Shown here: positions 47,161 through 57,094 of the stretch, piece after piece
How the letters are laid out: each line of letters starts with the position of its first letter
Position numbering within the stretch: the first letter of the stretch is position 1
Origin: Minisyncoccota bacterium
GTDB lineage: Bacteria; Patescibacteriota; Minisyncoccia; Phycocordibacterales; JABAAK01
Length of the DNA: 64,000 nucleotides
Assembly (NCBI GenBank): GCA_965216295.1
Contig: OZ244141.1
Location: 295,671 to 359,670 of the forward strand
Direction of reading: 5' to 3'
Position numbers and translations under genes: made by a program
Notes under the pieces: model-generated
The model's input: the letters and a program-made list of their open reading frames with translations, nothing else
Told to the model about the DNA's origin: nothing
The model's database searches: none

Positions 47161-49332
47161 ATGTATTTAAAAGAAGTAACACTCAAAGGATTTAAATCAT
47201 TTGCTTCAGCGTTAACATTGAAGTTTCCCACACAGATAACGGCGATTGTAGGACCAAATGGTTCTGGGAAATCAAACATTACTGAGGCATTTCGATTTGT
47301 GTTAGGTGAACAATCTATGAAAATGCTCCGGAGTCGACGAGGTGGTGACCTTATCTTCAATGGTGGTGTTGGACGAACAAAGAGTAGTAAGGCAGAAGTT
47401 ACCATGGTGTTTGATAACTCAAACAACTTATTTGGTGATACGTTTCGTGAGGTTATTCTCAAACGAATTGTTCATCGAGATGGGAGTAATGAGTACTACA
47501 ACAACGATACGCAGGTACGGCACCGTGATGTGGTTGAATTGCTTGCAAAGGCAAATATTGGGGCAACTGGGCACCATATTATCTCGCAAGGGCAGGCAGA
47601 CCGTATTTTGAATGCAACACTTGAAGAAAGGCGAGAGATGATTGAAGACGGGTTAGGGCTGAAGTTACTACAGTACTGTAAAGGAGAGGCGGAAAAGAAA
47701 ATACAAAAAACAGAGAGAAATCTGGAACGGGTTGAATCACTCCAGCGGGAACTTGCTCCTCATATGAAATACTTGAAGAGGCAGTCTGATCAGTATGAGA
47801 AGGCACAAACACTTCGAGATTCTTTGACTAAAGAGTATGCGGTGTATTTGGCACATGAACAGGCACGATTGGTTGCAGGGAAGAGTGTGGTTGAAAAAGA
47901 AGCGAAAGCATTACAAGCAAAGATTGCTAGTGTTGATAGTGCGATTGATACAGAAAAACAGGGTACGAAAGATAGTACACGGGCAAAAACCTTTAAAGAT
48001 AACGCGACGTCTATTCGTGATGCATTAGCTGATATTGTTGCGAAGAAAGATGAACTCTCTCGTGCTGTTGGAAGAATTGAAGGGCAGCGTGATGCACATG
48101 AAGTGCGAGGAGACAGTGGTGATGGTGGTGTTCCTAAACATGAACTTCAAAAACTCTACACAAACATACAAGAGCGGTTTCATATGGCTGAAACGATTGA
48201 TGAGTATAAAGGGATTGTGACGGCGGTATTAGATCGTTTACAGAAGGTGTTGAGTGGTAGTGGTACTGCACCGCAATCATCTGAGTCAATAGAGAAGGAG
48301 TATGAGAAAAAGAAAGAAGAACTTGATGCGGTGGTAGCGCAAGAGAAAGAGTATATTCAAAAACAGGAAGCACTTCTCCAGGAGCAAGAGGTAATCATTC
48401 AATCGGCAAAGACATCTGAGCAGGCGTTGTTGAAATTGGTGACTGAAAAGAATGGGTTTGAACAAGCACTCGCAGAGGTACGGCATACAACGGAATTGTT
48501 TCAGCAAGATACTGAAGAGTTGCAACGGGAGATTACTGAAGGAAAAGCCCTTATCGGCAACCGTGTCAATGATTACAAAGAGATGTCTGTTACGATAACC
48601 GGTGATGTTACAGCGGTGAGGAAAGAACAACGAGAACGACGCCGAGATTTAGAACGAAAGAAAATTCAGTTAGAATCATTAGAAGGGACGGGGTGTAACC
48701 AAGGGGTGTACAAGGAGTATGAACGTCTCCAAGAACGAGATGCATTTTTACAAAAAGAAAAAGATGATATTCGAAAGGGTATTGCAGATTTAGAAGATAC
48801 TATTAAAACACTCCAGAGAGATATTGATACTCGCTTTAAAAGTGGTATGCGAGCAATTAATACTGAGTTTGGGAAATTCTATAAGACACTCTTTGGTGGG
48901 GGAAAGGCACGGGTTGAAACGGTGACGATAGAGCCACGGAAAGTGGCTGATGACGATGATACAGAGGTAGAAAAGGCTGTTGGTGTTGATATTCGTGTTT
49001 CACTGCCACATAAAAAGATAACTGATCTTGAACAACTCTCAGGTGGTGAACGGGCACTTATCTCCATTGCACTCCTCTTTGCTATCTCACAGGTAACACC
49101 ACCACCATTTTTGATACTTGATGAGACTGATGCAGCACTTGATGAGTCAAACTCACGACGGTATGGAGAGATGATCAAGGCACTATCAAAGAAATCACAG
49201 TTGATTCTCATTACCCACAATCGTGAGACTATGTATGCAGCAGGAGCACTCTATGGTATTACTATGGACTCTATGGGTGCTTCAACCATTCTCTCTATCA
49301 AATTCGATGAAGCAGTACAAGTGGCAAAGTAA
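47161..49332 (+). CDS. smc: Short SMC-family ATPase (723 aa)
   Basis: GFKSF, GPNGSGKSN, SQG, LSGGE, ILDETDAALD, LITH, with coiled coils between. Confidence 0.85.
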   Translation: MYLKEVTLKGFKSFASALTLKFPTQITAIVGPNGSGKSNITEAFRFVLGEQSMKMLRSRRGGDLIFNGGVGRTKSSKAEVTMVFDNSNNLFGDTFREVILKRIVHRDGSNEYYNNDTQVRHRDVVELLAKANIGATGHHIISQGQADRILNATLEERREMIEDGLGLKLLQYCKGEAEKKIQKTERNLERVESLQRELAPHMKYLKRQSDQYEKAQTLRDSLTKEYAVYLAHEQARLVAGKSVVEKEAKALQAKIASVDSAIDTEKQGTKDSTRAKTFKDNATSIRDALADIVAKKDELSRAVGRIEGQRDAHEVRGDSGDGGVPKHELQKLYTNIQERFHMAETIDEYKGIVTAVLDRLQKVLSGSGTAPQSSESIEKEYEKKKEELDAVVAQEKEYIQKQEALLQEQEVIIQSAKTSEQALLKLVTEKNGFEQALAEVRHTTELFQQDTEELQREITEGKALIGNRVNDYKEMSVTITGDVTAVRKEQRERRRDLERKKIQLESLEGTGCNQGVYKEYERLQERDAFLQKEKDDIRKGIADLEDTIKTLQRDIDTRFKSGMRAINTEFGKFYKTLFGGGKARVETVTIEPRKVADDDDTEVEKAVGVDIRVSLPHKKITDLEQLSGGERALISIALLFAISQVTPPPFLILDETDAALDESNSRRYGEMIKALSKKSQLILITHNRETMYAAGALYGITMDSMGASTILSIKFDEAVQVAK

Positions 49333-49334
49333 CT

Positions 49335-49742
49335 ATGAAACAAAAGGTACGGAAAAGTAAGTATGACGTACGGATTGGTCGCTCTGCGAGTGGGCAGGGT
49401 CTATTTACAAAAGCACCTATTCGAAAAGGGGACTTTGTGATTGAATACCATGGACCTATTATTTCACGTGAACGGGCAGATGCGATGGGAGGGCGGTATC
49501 TCTTTGAAGTGAGTGAACGGAAGGTTATCAATGGTTCGGTGAGGTACAACCTAGCACGCTATATCAATCATTCCTGTCGTCCAAACTGTGAGACTGATGT
49601 GGTGCGTGGGAAGGTGTATATCTATGCGAGACGCAATATTCGTATGGATGAGGAGTTACACTACGATTACGGTAAAGAGTACTTTGAAGAGTTTATTGAG
49701 CCTGCTGGGTGTCAGTGTGAGAAGTGTGCGGGTCGTCGGTAA
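49335..49742 (+). CDS. SET-domain protein-lysine methyltransferase
   Basis: G.GLF, EY.G, ARYINHSCRPN, EEL.YDYG, post-SET C.C..C. Confidence 0.92.
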   Translation: MKQKVRKSKYDVRIGRSASGQGLFTKAPIRKGDFVIEYHGPIISRERADAMGGRYLFEVSERKVINGSVRYNLARYINHSCRPNCETDVVRGKVYIYARRNIRMDEELHYDYGKEYFEEFIEPAGCQCEKCAGRR

Positions 49743-51123
49743 GGAGGTCTGTTTTATAAATTTCTTTTTGTGTTACATATTCTTTGAAAACTTTAAAAAA
49801 ACTTTTTGCCATCTGTTCGTAATAATTTTTGTCATATAAATTTTCATATTCATATTCTTTAGGAAAAGATTCACAGTATTCTCTAGACAAGACATCTTCT
49901 TGTTTTTTTAGTACAGAATCGTTTGATTGATTTTTTTGAAGTTGAAAGGTTTCATGCAACATGTAAGCACCGATATTTTCTAAATTGTGTATAGCATAAA
50001 AATTTTTATGACAAAGCACTGTTTTTTCTATTAAATATTTTTCTGCTGAATCAATAGCAGCAAGGAATTTTTCTTTATCATTATTAAAGATATGCAATAA
50101 AATTTCCATCATGAGATCAATGTTTGTTTTATTTGTTGCTTCTTGTGTGTTATGTTGCAAGACGTTAAGACTGAATGAAGGAAATTTTTGAAGTGTAAAA
50201 AGGTTTCTTAGATTTATTACTTTCATAGGAATAGCAGATTTTACAAAAAGAGCAATTATAAATTGAACTTCGTCATTCAATGGCTGTGGCGTTTGATTCA
50301 TTATTTCGGTATTACAATGTCCTAATACTATCTCTTGAAGTTTATTTAATACTTCTTTTTCTATATTGTATTGATATGGTTCTTTGGAGAAAAATTTATT
50401 TATATATCCATTAAAATCAGTTTCATTTCCATATATATGATGATAGACTTTTTCAAGATTATTAAAATCACCAACGAATATCACTCTATCAAAACCAAAT
50501 TTATTCTTTTCATCATCTTGCAAAGGAGAAAAGGCATTTAGTATTTTAAACGCATGTTTTGGTTCAAGGCGATCTAAATCATCTAATATCAAAATGTTTT
50601 CTTTAGCAAGATCCATTTTATCTTCTCTACCATCTTTTACTTCTTTCAATGCTTCAGAGATGAAATTTTCCAAACAACTATTATGTATTTTTTTTACAGT
50701 ACTTTGGACTTCTGAGTTTTCTCCATTTAAAAGTTTTTTAATGGTTTCAATAGTTTGTGATTTAATACCAACCAAAGATCCAAAACATTTTATTATAAGA
50801 TCTTTTGCATTTTTTAATTTTATTTTTCCATTTTCATCTTTTAAGAATTTATTAATGATAGGCTCGTGTTGCTCTGCTAGTTGTACAAATAAATCAGCTG
50901 CTATAACTTCTAGTATATCAACATCATTGTGTACTTGATATTTAACTGGGTATAAATGAAATGTATTATATTTTTCAGAATTAGCTCTAAAAAATTCATT
51001 TAAAAAGTATGTTTTTCCCATACCAAACGATGCACTAAAGAATATTCTTTTATTACTTTTTAATTCAATAAAAGTATTAAATCCCTCATTTTTAGTTTCT
51101 GTAGATATTATTGTTTTATCCAT
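49693..51123 (-). CDS. KAP-family P-loop NTPase
   Basis: Walker A SASFGMGKT, Walker B ILILDDLDRL, downstream F.GYINKFF. Confidence 0.8.
   Translation of the reverse strand: MDKTIISTETKNEGFNTFIELKSNKRIFFSASFGMGKTYFLNEFFRANSEKYNTFHLYPVKYQVHNDVDILEVIAADLFVQLAEQHEPIINKFLKDENGKIKLKNAKDLIIKCFGSLVGIKSQTIETIKKLLNGENSEVQSTVKKIHNSCLENFISEALKEVKDGREDKMDLAKENILILDDLDRLEPKHAFKILNAFSPLQDDEKNKFGFDRVIFVGDFNNLEKVYHHIYGNETDFNGYINKFFSKEPYQYNIEKEVLNKLQEIVLGHCNTEIMNQTPQPLNDEVQFIIALFVKSAIPMKVINLRNLFTLQKFPSFSLNVLQHNTQEATNKTNIDLMMEILLHIFNNDKEKFLAAIDSAEKYLIEKTVLCHKNFYAIHNLENIGAYMLHETFQLQKNQSNDSVLKKQEDVLSREYCESFPKEYEYENLYDKNYYEQMAKSFFKVFKEYVTQKEIYKTDLLTDDPHTSHTDTQQAQ
49725..49745 (+). repeat. Direct repeat copy 1 (TGTGCGGGTCGTCGGTAAGGA)
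   Basis: 20/21 identical to 52986-53006; contains the SET gene stop codon. Confidence 0.9.
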
Positions 51124-51245
51124 GTGTAGCATTCTAACATATTAATGAAAAAATAAAATTATCATGAAGAAGGATAAAACTAAGGTTTTAAAACGTTACA
51201 AACAAATAGTTTGTAAAAATTTACTTAAGATTGTATAATAAAAAG

Positions 51246-52010
51246 ATGAACAAAAATAAAACTTTATTTTTCTCCAATCAATGGTTGAATTTTTCTAAAT
51301 TTATTTATGATGTTTTCTCAAAAACACTATTAATTGCGGCATTTATTACACTTATATATTTTCTATTTAAAGGATATTGGATAGAAGTCGGATTATTATT
51401 ATTATTTTCAATATTGATAGCACCAATTATTGAATTTCTGTTAGAAGAAATATTTCGTGTTACATTTTTTACTAAGAAAGAAAGGGTTCTTATGACTAAT
51501 TTTTCTAAGGATAATAACCTAAATGTTGATTCTGTAATGAGTCTTTATGCATCAGGAGCAAAAGACGACATGAAAACATTTTCTGAAAAAACTCAATTAT
51601 TTAAAATGCTATCTCCAGAAAAAAAAGGACTTTCGGCAGTGTTTGGTATTGCGCCTACGATGCTTATTAGTTTATTTGCATATGCAGGATTACTTAGTTA
51701 TTTTTCTACAGGGAATATATATAGTGGAATAGACATCAATTATTTAAACTACGCTTCAATATTGATATTATATCTTGCAGTCGATGTTAGAATTTTACTT
51801 GTTGAAATATATTTTTCCCGACAGCTTAGTGTAACTCCATATGAACAATTTATATTGCCTTTTAAAATAATTACAATACTGCTTTTATGTCTTTTTTTAT
51901 TTTTAAACATTAACTTATCTTATACATTAATATTCAGTGTCGGATTACCATTAATTTTTATATTTTCTATAATAATGTTTTATGGTATTGCGAAAAAGAA
52001 AGATTTGTAA
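51246..52010 (+). CDS. Multi-pass membrane hypothetical protein
   Basis: About 6 hydrophobic segments; TATAAT 6 nt before ATG 51246. Confidence 0.65.
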   Translation: MNKNKTLFFSNQWLNFSKFIYDVFSKTLLIAAFITLIYFLFKGYWIEVGLLLLFSILIAPIIEFLLEEIFRVTFFTKKERVLMTNFSKDNNLNVDSVMSLYASGAKDDMKTFSEKTQLFKMLSPEKKGLSAVFGIAPTMLISLFAYAGLLSYFSTGNIYSGIDINYLNYASILILYLAVDVRILLVEIYFSRQLSVTPYEQFILPFKIITILLLCLFLFLNINLSYTLIFSVGLPLIFIFSIIMFYGIAKKKDL

Positions 52011-52309
52011 GTAAGGGTGGAAAATTTATCAAGTGACGCACGGAAAACGAGAAAATCGTTTTTTAAAGTTTTATTCTGTATCTTTGTTGTTAAGTATTAT
52101 ATATTATTTTATATTTTTAACTACGAAGTAGTAGGGAAGAGCATCAAAGAAATTTTTTACTGTTTTTATTTTTGAAAGAGAATGAGGATATAGGTAGAAA
52201 ATCTTTACTAAACATAGTCAACATCGTATCACCTTTTTAATAATCAGTAAAAGGGTAATGAAAACAAATATTAAATCTGATACTAAAATAAGAAATGACA
52301 ATAATATTA

Positions 52310-52954
52310 TTATTTTTTATTTAAATATAAATCTCTTAAATATATGCCACCTATTTCAACAAATTCATTAGCAAAATCATACATTCCATTTTCATATGCG
52401 TAATTTTTCAGTAACACAATAACCTCACTATTACTTTGTATGAATTCTTTCATTGTTTTGAAAGAGCATTCCTGTATATCATATTTACTATCAAAATGTT
52501 GCCCTTCAAATTGTTTAAATAAGAAATCTTTTTCTTTCAATATCATTTTTTTAAGACCACTATTTTCTAATTTAGTTAACCCCAATTCTGTAAGAGCGGA
52601 AGGGGATTGTGATTTAACATTTATTGGAAACTTATCTTCTAAAACTCCTTGTGCTTTTATAATGCTACATCGTGAATCTTCAGGCAAAATACCGACATTT
52701 TTATTAGTTAATGCCTTACATATTAGTTTCAATGGGGAACTCAAATTTTCTCCCAATGATTGAAGATCTTTAGGTGTATCAAGTAATTTTTTAATTTTTT
52801 TCCCAACACCCGAAAAAAGACCTAAAACAATCCCCAAGGCAATTATCGTGGTAGATATGGTAGAAACAATATTAAGAATTTCTATCCAATTCATATTCAT
52901 AAGTATTATAACAAAATTAATAATATTTTGCAAAATCACTACTATTTCTATCAT
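52310..52954 (-). CDS. Hypothetical protein with an N-terminal TM helix (start may be 52900 or 52894)
   Basis: Long ORF in AT-rich DNA; hydrophobic N-terminus and soluble C-domain (SQSPSALTELG). Confidence 0.6.
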   Translation of the reverse strand: MIEIVVILQNIINFVIILMNMNWIEILNIVSTISTTIIALGIVLGLFSGVGKKIKKLLDTPKDLQSLGENLSSPLKLICKALTNKNVGILPEDSRCSIIKAQGVLEDKFPINVKSQSPSALTELGLTKLENSGLKKMILKEKDFLFKQFEGQHFDSKYDIQECSFKTMKEFIQSNSEVIVLLKNYAYENGMYDFANEFVEIGGIYLRDLYLNKK

Positions 52955-52985
52955 ATCTGCAATATATCAATCAAAATACTATAAT

Positions 52986-53006
52986 TGTGCGGGTCGTCGG
53001 TAGGGA
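52986..53006 (+). repeat. Direct repeat copy 2 (TGTGCGGGTCGTCGGTAGGGA)
   Basis: GC-rich 21-mer embedded in AT-rich DNA; matches 49725-49745. Confidence 0.9.
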
Positions 53007-53072
53007 TGAAAGTAAAAAATTATTAAAATCCACAAAAAGAAAAATAGAGAAGGAAATAGAAAACGCACAGCA

Positions 53073-53104
53073 GTAGAAAGAATCGAACTCTCGTTTCGTG
53101 CTTG
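53073..53104 (-). repeat. Duplicate of the tRNA-Gly 3' half (att-like remnant)
   Basis: 29/32 identical to 54035-54066. Confidence 0.85.
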
Positions 53105-53152
53105 ATTTGTACACATTGATATTTTTAATATCATAAATTATAATAACTACAT

Positions 53153-53359
53153 ATGAATAACTACTTTGAAATGTATTTCAACAGGATGTTTAAGAAAAAA
53201 AATCTATTGAAAGTATGGTTTGATAGTGGTAGTTTTTGGAAAAAAGTTTTTGCTGTTATTGGGCTTTTTGCATGTTATACATCATATGTACTCTTTGCGC
53301 TCTTTATAGTCTATAAAGTATCATATTGGATATCAGTGTACATATATTCACGATATTAA
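53153..53359 (+). CDS. Small membrane protein
   Basis: 68 aa with a hydrophobic C-half; TATAAT just upstream. Confidence 0.45.
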   Translation: MNNYFEMYFNRMFKKKNLLKVWFDSGSFWKKVFAVIGLFACYTSYVLFALFIVYKVSYWISVYIYSRY

Positions 53360-53443
53360 GGTGGAGCAAAATACGGAAAGTGTGTAGAGATTGATAGGGT
53401 AGTGAGAATATATTTTTAAAATAAAAATCTTATTTTATTTCAA

Positions 53444-53986
53444 TTATGGAAAAATATTGAAAAATACAAGAACCAAAAGTAGCGAAGGGGATAGTAAAAG
53501 AGAGGTAAATAGAAAGTCTTTACTCAACAAGGTGGTAAAAAAATTTGAATCTTTCGCGAGTGGTTCACCATATTTATTTTTATCTGCATCACCTTTTTTA
53601 AAACATAACCAAAGAATAAAAAGAATATATATTATACATGAACTTGAATAAATTAAACTAGTAAAAGGAACCTCTATTTCATGAAATCTATTTTCCTGAA
53701 TTATAGCCAGTGGCAATTCTAAGACGATATACATTGGTAAAAAGATTAATATCCACCAACCACTTGCATTAAAATCATGCAATCTTTTAACCATAAAGAT
53801 TGTTAAAATAAAAGCTATAATGAATACGAAAAAATAGTCTAAAAAATAGTCTAAAACACTAGGAGGTTGAAAAAATTGACGACCGTACAAGTTTAATAAA
53901 AAAGGAACAGAAAAAAATATCATTAAAGACATCCCGATCCCAAAAATATAAAATTTTCTATTTATTCTATCATTAATTTTTTCCAT
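53444..53986 (-). CDS. DUF805 membrane protein
   Basis: RINRK.Y, KRLHD.N.SGW, KGD...NKYG.P. Confidence 0.85.
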   Translation of the reverse strand: MEKINDRINRKFYIFGIGMSLMIFFSVPFLLNLYGRQFFQPPSVLDYFLDYFFVFIIAFILTIFMVKRLHDFNASGWWILIFLPMYIVLELPLAIIQENRFHEIEVPFTSLIYSSSCIIYILFILWLCFKKGDADKNKYGEPLAKDSNFFTTLLSKDFLFTSLLLSPSLLLVLVFFNIFP

Positions 53987-54026
53987 ATAACGTTATTACT
54001 ATTATACCTATCGTTTAATTTCTAAA

Positions 54027-54100
54027 TGGTGCGGGTAGGGAGAATCGAACTCCCGTTTCGTGCTTGGGAAGCACGCGTCATACCACTAAACTATACCCGC
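54027..54100 (-). tRNA. tRNA-Gly(CCC), CCA encoded
   Basis: GCGGGTA/TACCCGC acceptor, CGTGC-TT CCC AA-GCACG. Confidence 0.95.
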
Positions 54101-54166
54101 AGATACTGAATCAGACATGTCGCACAATATACCTTTTGCGACATATATGCTCATATCATTTAGACA

Positions 54167-54904
54167 CTACAATGTGTACTTACACAAACGAGTATCCATA
54201 ACACCAAGACGATCAATGTGTCGTTCTGCTTCTTCTGCTTTGTCAAAGATGGTAACTAATGAAAGATCTCGTGGACTAATCGTTTTATGCTTCTTTGCAA
54301 ATTCTTCTTCCAAAATAGCGTAGATAGGATCCCAGTACTCTTTACCCATCAAGATAATAGGAACAATCTCTGCTTGTTTAGTTTGAATTAAGGTTAATAG
54401 CTCAAAGAGTTCATCAAGTGTCCCAAAACCACCCGGGAAGAATATATATACCTCTGAGGCACACGATAAGATGGTTTTACGAATAAAAAAATGATCAAAA
54501 GTAATACTTCTATTAACAAACTTGTTCACTTCCTGTTCCTCTGGAAGAAGGATGTTGACACCAGCAGAATCACCTTGGACGAGATAGGCACCACGATTAG
54601 CCGCCCGCATAATGCCTCCAGCACCTCCGGTAATAATGGAAAACCCCTTTTTGGCAAGCATTGCTGCCAACTTCTCTGCTTCTTCATAGTAACGGTTATC
54701 TAAGGACTCACGAGCTGATCCAAAAAATGACGCTGAGAGTTCATAACGGCGTAGAAAAAGAAGACCACGGAAAAATTCAAAAAAGACAAAAAGGGAAATT
54801 TTCATAACACGGAAAAAACTAATACTCGGTGGCCTAGAAAAACCAATTTTCTTTTTTCCATATTGTGGGGGTGTCTCATTAAAATGTTTTGTGGGTAGAG
54901 ACAT
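54167..54904 (-). CDS. LOG family nucleotide phosphoribohydrolase (TIGR00730-like)
   Basis: FGSAR, TGG..GIM.AAN.GA, FF.RK, PGGFGTLDE. Confidence 0.9.
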   Translation of the reverse strand: MSLPTKHFNETPPQYGKKKIGFSRPPSISFFRVMKISLFVFFEFFRGLLFLRRYELSASFFGSARESLDNRYYEEAEKLAAMLAKKGFSIITGGAGGIMRAANRGAYLVQGDSAGVNILLPEEQEVNKFVNRSITFDHFFIRKTILSCASEVYIFFPGGFGTLDELFELLTLIQTKQAEIVPIILMGKEYWDPIYAILEEEFAKKHKTISPRDLSLVTIFDKAEEAERHIDRLGVMDTRLCKYTL

Positions 54905-54962
54905 ATGCTAGTTAAATGAACCAAACAGTAACAGTAGCAGTATAGCAAAGATTTTACTCCTT

Positions 54963-55271
54963 TTATAAACAACTTTTCGCAATTGTGTACCCCGCTTCCT
55001 TTGCTATATCTGCCGTATCAAACCATATCTTGTTCTCTTCAATAATGCGCGATCCTGCCTCACACCACCATGGATAGTACCGTGTTCCGTTTTTAGAGAC
55101 ATAAACACGATTTGTGACCTCATATTCAACGGTAATTGGCTCAAGTGTTACATCTGCTGTTTTTTCAACAGGAGTTAAGAGTGCAAACGTAAATAATCCT
55201 CCAAGAAAGAAACCACCAATTCCTGCTGTTGCTATCGCAAACGCTGCATATGTCTTGACCTTGAAAACCAT
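54963..55271 (-). CDS. Single-TM protein with an Ada-type metal-binding-like domain
   Basis: YVSKNGT.YY..WC....RI.EENKIWF.....A..AGY. Confidence 0.6.
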   Translation of the reverse strand: MVFKVKTYAAFAIATAGIGGFFLGGLFTFALLTPVEKTADVTLEPITVEYEVTNRVYVSKNGTRYYPWWCEAGSRIIEENKIWFDTADIAKEAGYTIAKSCL

Positions 55272-55298
55272 ACGTATCTACTATATACTAATCATACT

Positions 55299-55583
55299 AT
55301 GGCACATAGAAAGGCTGGTGGTTCAGCAAAAAGTTTACGAGACTCAAAACCAAAATATCTTGGGGTTAAAAAAGGTAATGGTCAACCAGTACAAACTGGT
55401 CAAATCATTGTTCGACAACGAGGAACCAAGCAAATGGCAGGAGAAGGTGTTGGAGTAGGAAAAGATCACACTCTCTTTTCTCGTGTTAATGGAACAGTTG
55501 TTGTTACCCAGAAAAGAAAAACAGACTTTACTGGTAAAACAAGAAACCGCGTATTTGTCAGTGTCAAAAAGCAAAATGGCTAG
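55299..55583 (+). CDS. rpmA: 50S ribosomal protein bL27
   Basis: MAHRKAGGS...[23 protein letters not shown]. Confidence 0.97.
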   Translation: MAHRKAGGSAKSLRDSKPKYLGVKKGNGQPVQTGQIIVRQRGTKQMAGEGVGVGKDHTLFSRVNGTVVVTQKRKTDFTGKTRNRVFVSVKKQNG

Positions 55584-56097
55584 TGACACACCACTGACTG
55601 GTGGCAACCACATTAAAGATACTATCTGTTCCCTACTGAAAGATGCAGGAATGTGGTATGACTATTTTGAACACGATGAGGTCATAACTGCAGAAGCTGC
55701 TTCTCAAATCAGAGAAAACTATACCCTCGCAGAAGGATCCAAAGCACTCATACTCCGCCTTGGCAATGCCGATGAAAAACGGTACATCCAAGTTGTTGTT
55801 CCTGGTAATACAAAGTTCTCAAACGCAAAGGTACGAAAACTACTTGGTGAAAAAAATATACAACTTGTTTCTCCAGATATACTCAAAACACTCACTGGAG
55901 GCATTCTTCCTGGCGGTGTTCCACCGTTTGGTACTCTTTTCAACATACCAGTCTATGTTGACACCAACGTTATTAATAAAGAAAAAATGGTTTTTAACTG
56001 TGGATTGCGATCGGCAAGTATTGGTATGAAAACAGAAGATTACGTAACACTCGTGAAACCAATTATTGCTGACCTTTCTGTTGCGGCAACCTCGTAA
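55576..56097 (+). CDS. YbaK/ProX (INS superfamily) aminoacyl-tRNA deacylase
   Basis: FEH....[22 protein letters not shown]. Confidence 0.85.
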   Translation: MASDTPLTGGNHIKDTICSLLKDAGMWYDYFEHDEVITAEAASQIRENYTLAEGSKALILRLGNADEKRYIQVVVPGNTKFSNAKVRKLLGEKNIQLVSPDILKTLTGGILPGGVPPFGTLFNIPVYVDTNVINKEKMVFNCGLRSASIGMKTEDYVTLVKPIIADLSVAATS

Positions 56098-57094
56098 GTG
56101 CCCTACTATTTCTCTCGACAGTATTTAAAAAAACTCTTTTTGCGTCTTGCACTTTCGCGACATCTCCTCCCCATGTCTCAAGTGCCTCTTGTTGGAGTGC
56201 TCGACCGTATGAAAATGTTATAGGAATATCGTAGTGCCTTATCCGAGCCAAAGCGATAGTGTGAGCAAGGCATGAGGTTGCAGCCATTGGTGAGAGGCCA
56301 CCAGAGAGAAAAACAATACCAGCAAATTGATTCTCTTCTGCGCTAGCATCACGAACTGTTTCAAGTGCATCAATTGTTGATGCTGCAACCCCCTCTGCAT
56401 CTACCTGTGAACTGCTATTGCCATGCACTGCAAATGAAGTTTTCAGAATACAATCTCGTGGTGACACCTTAGCATCGATAAGTGCTTGAATTAGATTTCG
56501 AAGAACAAGGGTGAGTGTTTCCTGTGACTCTTGCATAGAGTGATTCCCTTGCAGAAGCACCTCAGGTTCAATAATAGGGACCATACCTGCGTTTAAGACC
56601 ATTTTTGCATAGAGAGCTAAGTCAGAACTCACTTTCTTTAAAAATGCTGGTGTATGACCTCGTACAGGAATCACTGAACGCCATTTGGTAAAGACAATCT
56701 GTTTATCCATTGCAATAACACTCTGGAGCAATAGTGGTAGTGCTGTTAGTCCTTTGGTGATAGAGAGTGTGTCACTACCCTCAAAAGGGATTAATCCGTT
56801 GTCTACCTTTAAACCAAGCATAATATCTTTATTGACAAAGAATGCATGCAACGGAATACCATTGACCTGTTGCTCTTCTAATGTATCAAGAGAGAGGATA
56901 ATGCCACTGATATACGCTTCAAGGCGTGCTGTACTGAAAAGCATATCACGATACTGACTTCGTGTTTCAGGACCATCAGAAATACCCAGTGCAAGTAGTC
57001 GTGCGTCCATTGTTTTTGGACGTTCATCTGCAGCAAGTATTCCTTTCTGTGTAGCAAAAATATTTTGTATAATTTTTCCTTTATTGTTTTTCAT
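56063..57094 (-). CDS. Class I fructose-bisphosphate aldolase
   Basis: KGILAADE, GLKVD.G, FTKWR.V, VPIIEPEV, VFLSGG, TFSYGRALQ. Confidence 0.92.
   Translation of the reverse strand: MKNNKGKIIQNIFATQKGILAADERPKTMDARLLALGISDGPETRSQYRDMLFSTARLEAYISGIILSLDTLEEQQVNGIPLHAFFVNKDIMLGLKVDNGLIPFEGSDTLSITKGLTALPLLLQSVIAMDKQIVFTKWRSVIPVRGHTPAFLKKVSSDLALYAKMVLNAGMVPIIEPEVLLQGNHSMQESQETLTLVLRNLIQALIDAKVSPRDCILKTSFAVHGNSSSQVDAEGVAASTIDALETVRDASAEENQFAGIVFLSGGLSPMAATSCLAHTIALARIRHYDIPITFSYGRALQQEALETWGGDVAKVQDAKRVFLNTVERNSRALTRLPQQKGQQ

Larger units (their letters stand above)
49725..54026. mobile_element. Composite low-GC island at the tRNA-Gly 3' end; no integrase seen
   Basis: Sharp AT-rich shift, a 21-bp direct repeat pair and a tRNA-Gly 3'-half duplicate. 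Confidence 0.75.

Noticed and set aside
52011-52309. 300-bp AT-rich spacer as an ncRNA or integron attC site
   Set aside because: No convincing stem or RYYYAAC/GTTRRRY pairing seen. It is probably decayed sequence.
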